A stretch of DNA of 64,000 nt, from NCBI GenBank assembly GCA_964252035.1, contig OZ176203.1. One strand, 5' to 3'. The first letter of the stretch is position 1. Every line of letters begins with the position of its first letter. The position numbers and the translations under genes are program-made. The stretch is from Podarcis erhardii (taxonomy: Eukaryota). Below, piece after piece: positions 61,330-64,000 of the stretch. The notes under the pieces are model-generated. The model worked only from the letters and a program-made list of their open reading frames with translations, was not told the origin of the DNA and searched no databases.

Positions 61330-63237
61330 TACATATAGTTTTGTGATGGGCGATTAGCAACTTCATTAACTTTCATCTTTAACACGCCACAAGACTGCTT
61401 GCTTTGCTACAAAAGACTACCTCTCTGGAAACTCATTAGCTTTGAAGGGAAACACATGTGGAAGGTTTTGATTTGCAAATATGTTGATGGATGAGGCATG
61501 TCTATTGTACTCCATGGTATATGTATTCCAATGTATTTGAAAATAATTTATTTGCACATGACACACCGGAAGAAAGACTTGGGTAAAATAAACTCATTGC
61601 AGAATGAAAAAATACTAGAAGAATGTGCATCTATGTGAGAAAAAATGGTGGGAAGTTTGTACATCCCTAGCAATCACCATAATATGTTGAAGCAAATTAT
61701 ACTGTACAGTATGAGAGAGGAAGTATGCCATTCTCCATACATGCATGGTTTTATGCACCTCTATCATGTCCCCACTTGTTCACATTTTTTCCAAACCAAG
61801 AAGACCCAAACTCCAGGCATCAAGGAATCTCTCCAACTACACCCTCATGTACTAATTGGAACAATTTCATAATTTAGAAGAAAATCTCTACCAACTTCCC
61901 AGCTACCACTGCATCCAAGTTCTACTCCAGAATCATTGCAAATATAAGTATTTTTTCAGTAGCTTATTTTTGAAGACACACAACTATGCTGTTGTACACT
62001 CTGCTATCGAGTATTTCAATGCATAAATATAGAGATGTTGATATAATATAATGCAAGCACAGTGAATATAATTTTGCAATGCCTGCCCTTTGTAAGGTGC
62101 ACTCTGCTTTACTTTTTCTCTCACTCAGTGCTGTGAGAACAGTCTGGAAGCAATCTTCTTAGCAGCTGCTCTCATCAACAAACTGTTTATTGTAAGAAAG
62201 TGGTTAGGTCAAAGGCTAAACATCATCCTAAGCTGAAAACATACAATATAAAAAATTAATACCGTTCATGCATAAGAAAACACTCTCTCACATAGAGTAC
62301 CATGTTCATGTCAGAAATGCCCAAAAGTCTACTGGAAAAAAACCTCCTGTATGTGAATGAGCAGTAGTTTAATATGAAAGCAATTGCTGATTTCCTTTCA
62401 GTATTTCAGAAATAAATTATTTTTACCAAGTAGTCACAATAAACAGAATGTAACCAATGTTTTTAGACCTTTTAGAAGATTAAAACATTTCGCTAGTCTG
62501 TTAGTGATGTCTCTTTCAGTCATAAAAACTGCAGACTTGCCACCATATAGGATTAAGTTTGCCACAGCTATTCCAGCAAAATATAATAGCATTTCACAGT
62601 ACTGAAAAAGCTATCAGTCATTGACAAAAGCCATGTATACTGAATTCTTTACTGCAGCAATTTTAATGACATCATAGTCTATAGGTTGTCTTGGAACATT
62701 TCACCATAGCAATATATTTTTAAATTTGCACTTTAAAAATGTTTCCATTATAGGATTTGGGTTGCAAAGCATCTTATGGTATTTTCTTAAAACAAACTTC
62801 AATAATGCGCCAAGCAGAAGATGCAACAGAACTGTTTTAATGTTTGGTATCAGCCACAACTTTTAAAGAACAGCAGGAATTTTTATATAGCATTTATTTT
62901 TCACTTAAGTCATAAATTAAATTACCTTATGTTTTCAGCTAAAGCATAAATTCCATTATTTCATTATATCAGGAATTAGCAGTGTAATTCCTCAGAATAA
63001 TGAACAATGAAAGGTAGATTAGTCTAAATAGCACTAATAATAAAGCAATATTCTTTATAAGAAATTCTAAGATGAAGTGGATTACTCAAAACATACATAT
63101 CTATGGGTGTAAGCAGAATGACAGGTGTTCAAGCAATCTGCACTTACCGGTAATTATGTGACAGTTGTGCATACCACATAATGCAATCTGTCACCTATTG
63201 TTCTTGTTTAGCCTTTCAGGGCTTTTTGTATGAGAGT

Positions 63238-63375
63238 ATAGAATCATAAATCTTAAGAGTTGGAAGGGACCCCAAGGGTCATCTAGTCCAACCTCCTGCA
63301 ATGCAGGAATGTCAGCTAAAGCATTCATGACAGATGGTCATACAACTTCTATTTAAAAACTTCCAAGGAAGGAGA
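63238..63375 (-). mobile_element. CR1 3' end fragment
   Basis: ATAGAATCAT...GAGTTGGAAGGGACCCCAAGGGTCATCTAGTCCAACCTCCTGC...TTTAAAAACTTCCAAGGAAGGAGAG is the reverse complement of the CR1 end at 51950-52086. Confidence 0.8.
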
Positions 63376-64000
63376 GAGCTGCTGCAGTAGCTGTTCTCCC
63401 TACCCCACCTCAACCTTATGAGAACCTTAATAAGCAGTCTGCTGCAGAACATCCTGAAGGCTATATGGCTGCTTGTGGTGGAGGTGGCAGGGGAAGAACA
63501 ATTATTTGAATTCAATGCTAAGTACAGAGGCCAAGGACTGACTGTTTATTTAGTTTGCTTAGCAGTTTGGAAAGGGATAAAGACTGAGGTTTTCTTTTTG
63601 CCCAGTCTGAGAATCTGGCCTGCTGGAGATTTCCGCATGTTTTTGTACAAATAAGTTTCCAGTTCAAGGTTAGTGTGAATTGAAACTGTTTTGAATTCAG
63701 CTATTTTAGTAGTTTTAAAAAAAACTATTCATGATTATTTATTCTACTTTTAATGTTTGATTTATATGCAGGAAGTCAAACAAAGAGTTCATCTTGGTTC
63801 CTTTAGTTCCTAGGATGTTAATCATTTTAAGACTTATAGTTCAATATATTGATTTACTTTTGATCAACCGTGGTTCTGACAAAATAGCAGCAAACACGTG
63901 AGAGCAGATTCTTTCAATACAGTAGTTGGAATTTTAAAAAATACATATCAAAATTTAATATGTGTTTAAATTTGTGGTTTTTTTAAATTCTACACCTTAT

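Noticed and set aside
63147-63200. Strong minus-strand donor CCG|GTAAGT as the preceding HLCS exon
   Set aside because: No frame resembles the expected upstream HLCS peptide (...LGLSC...LTPLYLLS...). That exon must lie beyond the window end.

Overview
This is eukaryotic DNA, almost certainly from a lacertid lizard (Podarcis/Lacerta/Zootoca type), judged from the Sauria SINE with a TTTACC tail and the Squam-type SINEs. The only host gene is holocarboxylase synthetase (HLCS, biotin-protein ligase) on the minus strand. Three consecutive internal exons are present: 54352-54081 (272 nt), 1603-1536 (68 nt) and 765-605 (161 nt). All have AG/GT ends, their phases join into one frame, and together they encode the biotin-binding GKGRGG loop. 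About 52.5 kb of the window is a single HLCS intron filled with transposable elements: L2, CR1 and L1 LINEs, tRNA-derived SINEs, Tc1/mariner and hAT MITEs, a decayed hAT transposase, a probable solo LTR and a Penelope-type terminal repeat. The most interesting observation is a complete minimal type-I hammerhead ribozyme core (45041-45124) in the Penelope-derived insert. It has a perfect 27-bp stem I, and a competing 65-bp hairpin would mask its cleavage site. Also notable are the two ends of a Tc2-like transposon lying 41 kb apart and an LTR-like element oriented sense to HLCS. No prokaryotic-type system (CRISPR, operons) is present. Repeat family names come from recalled consensus sequences, not from a database search.
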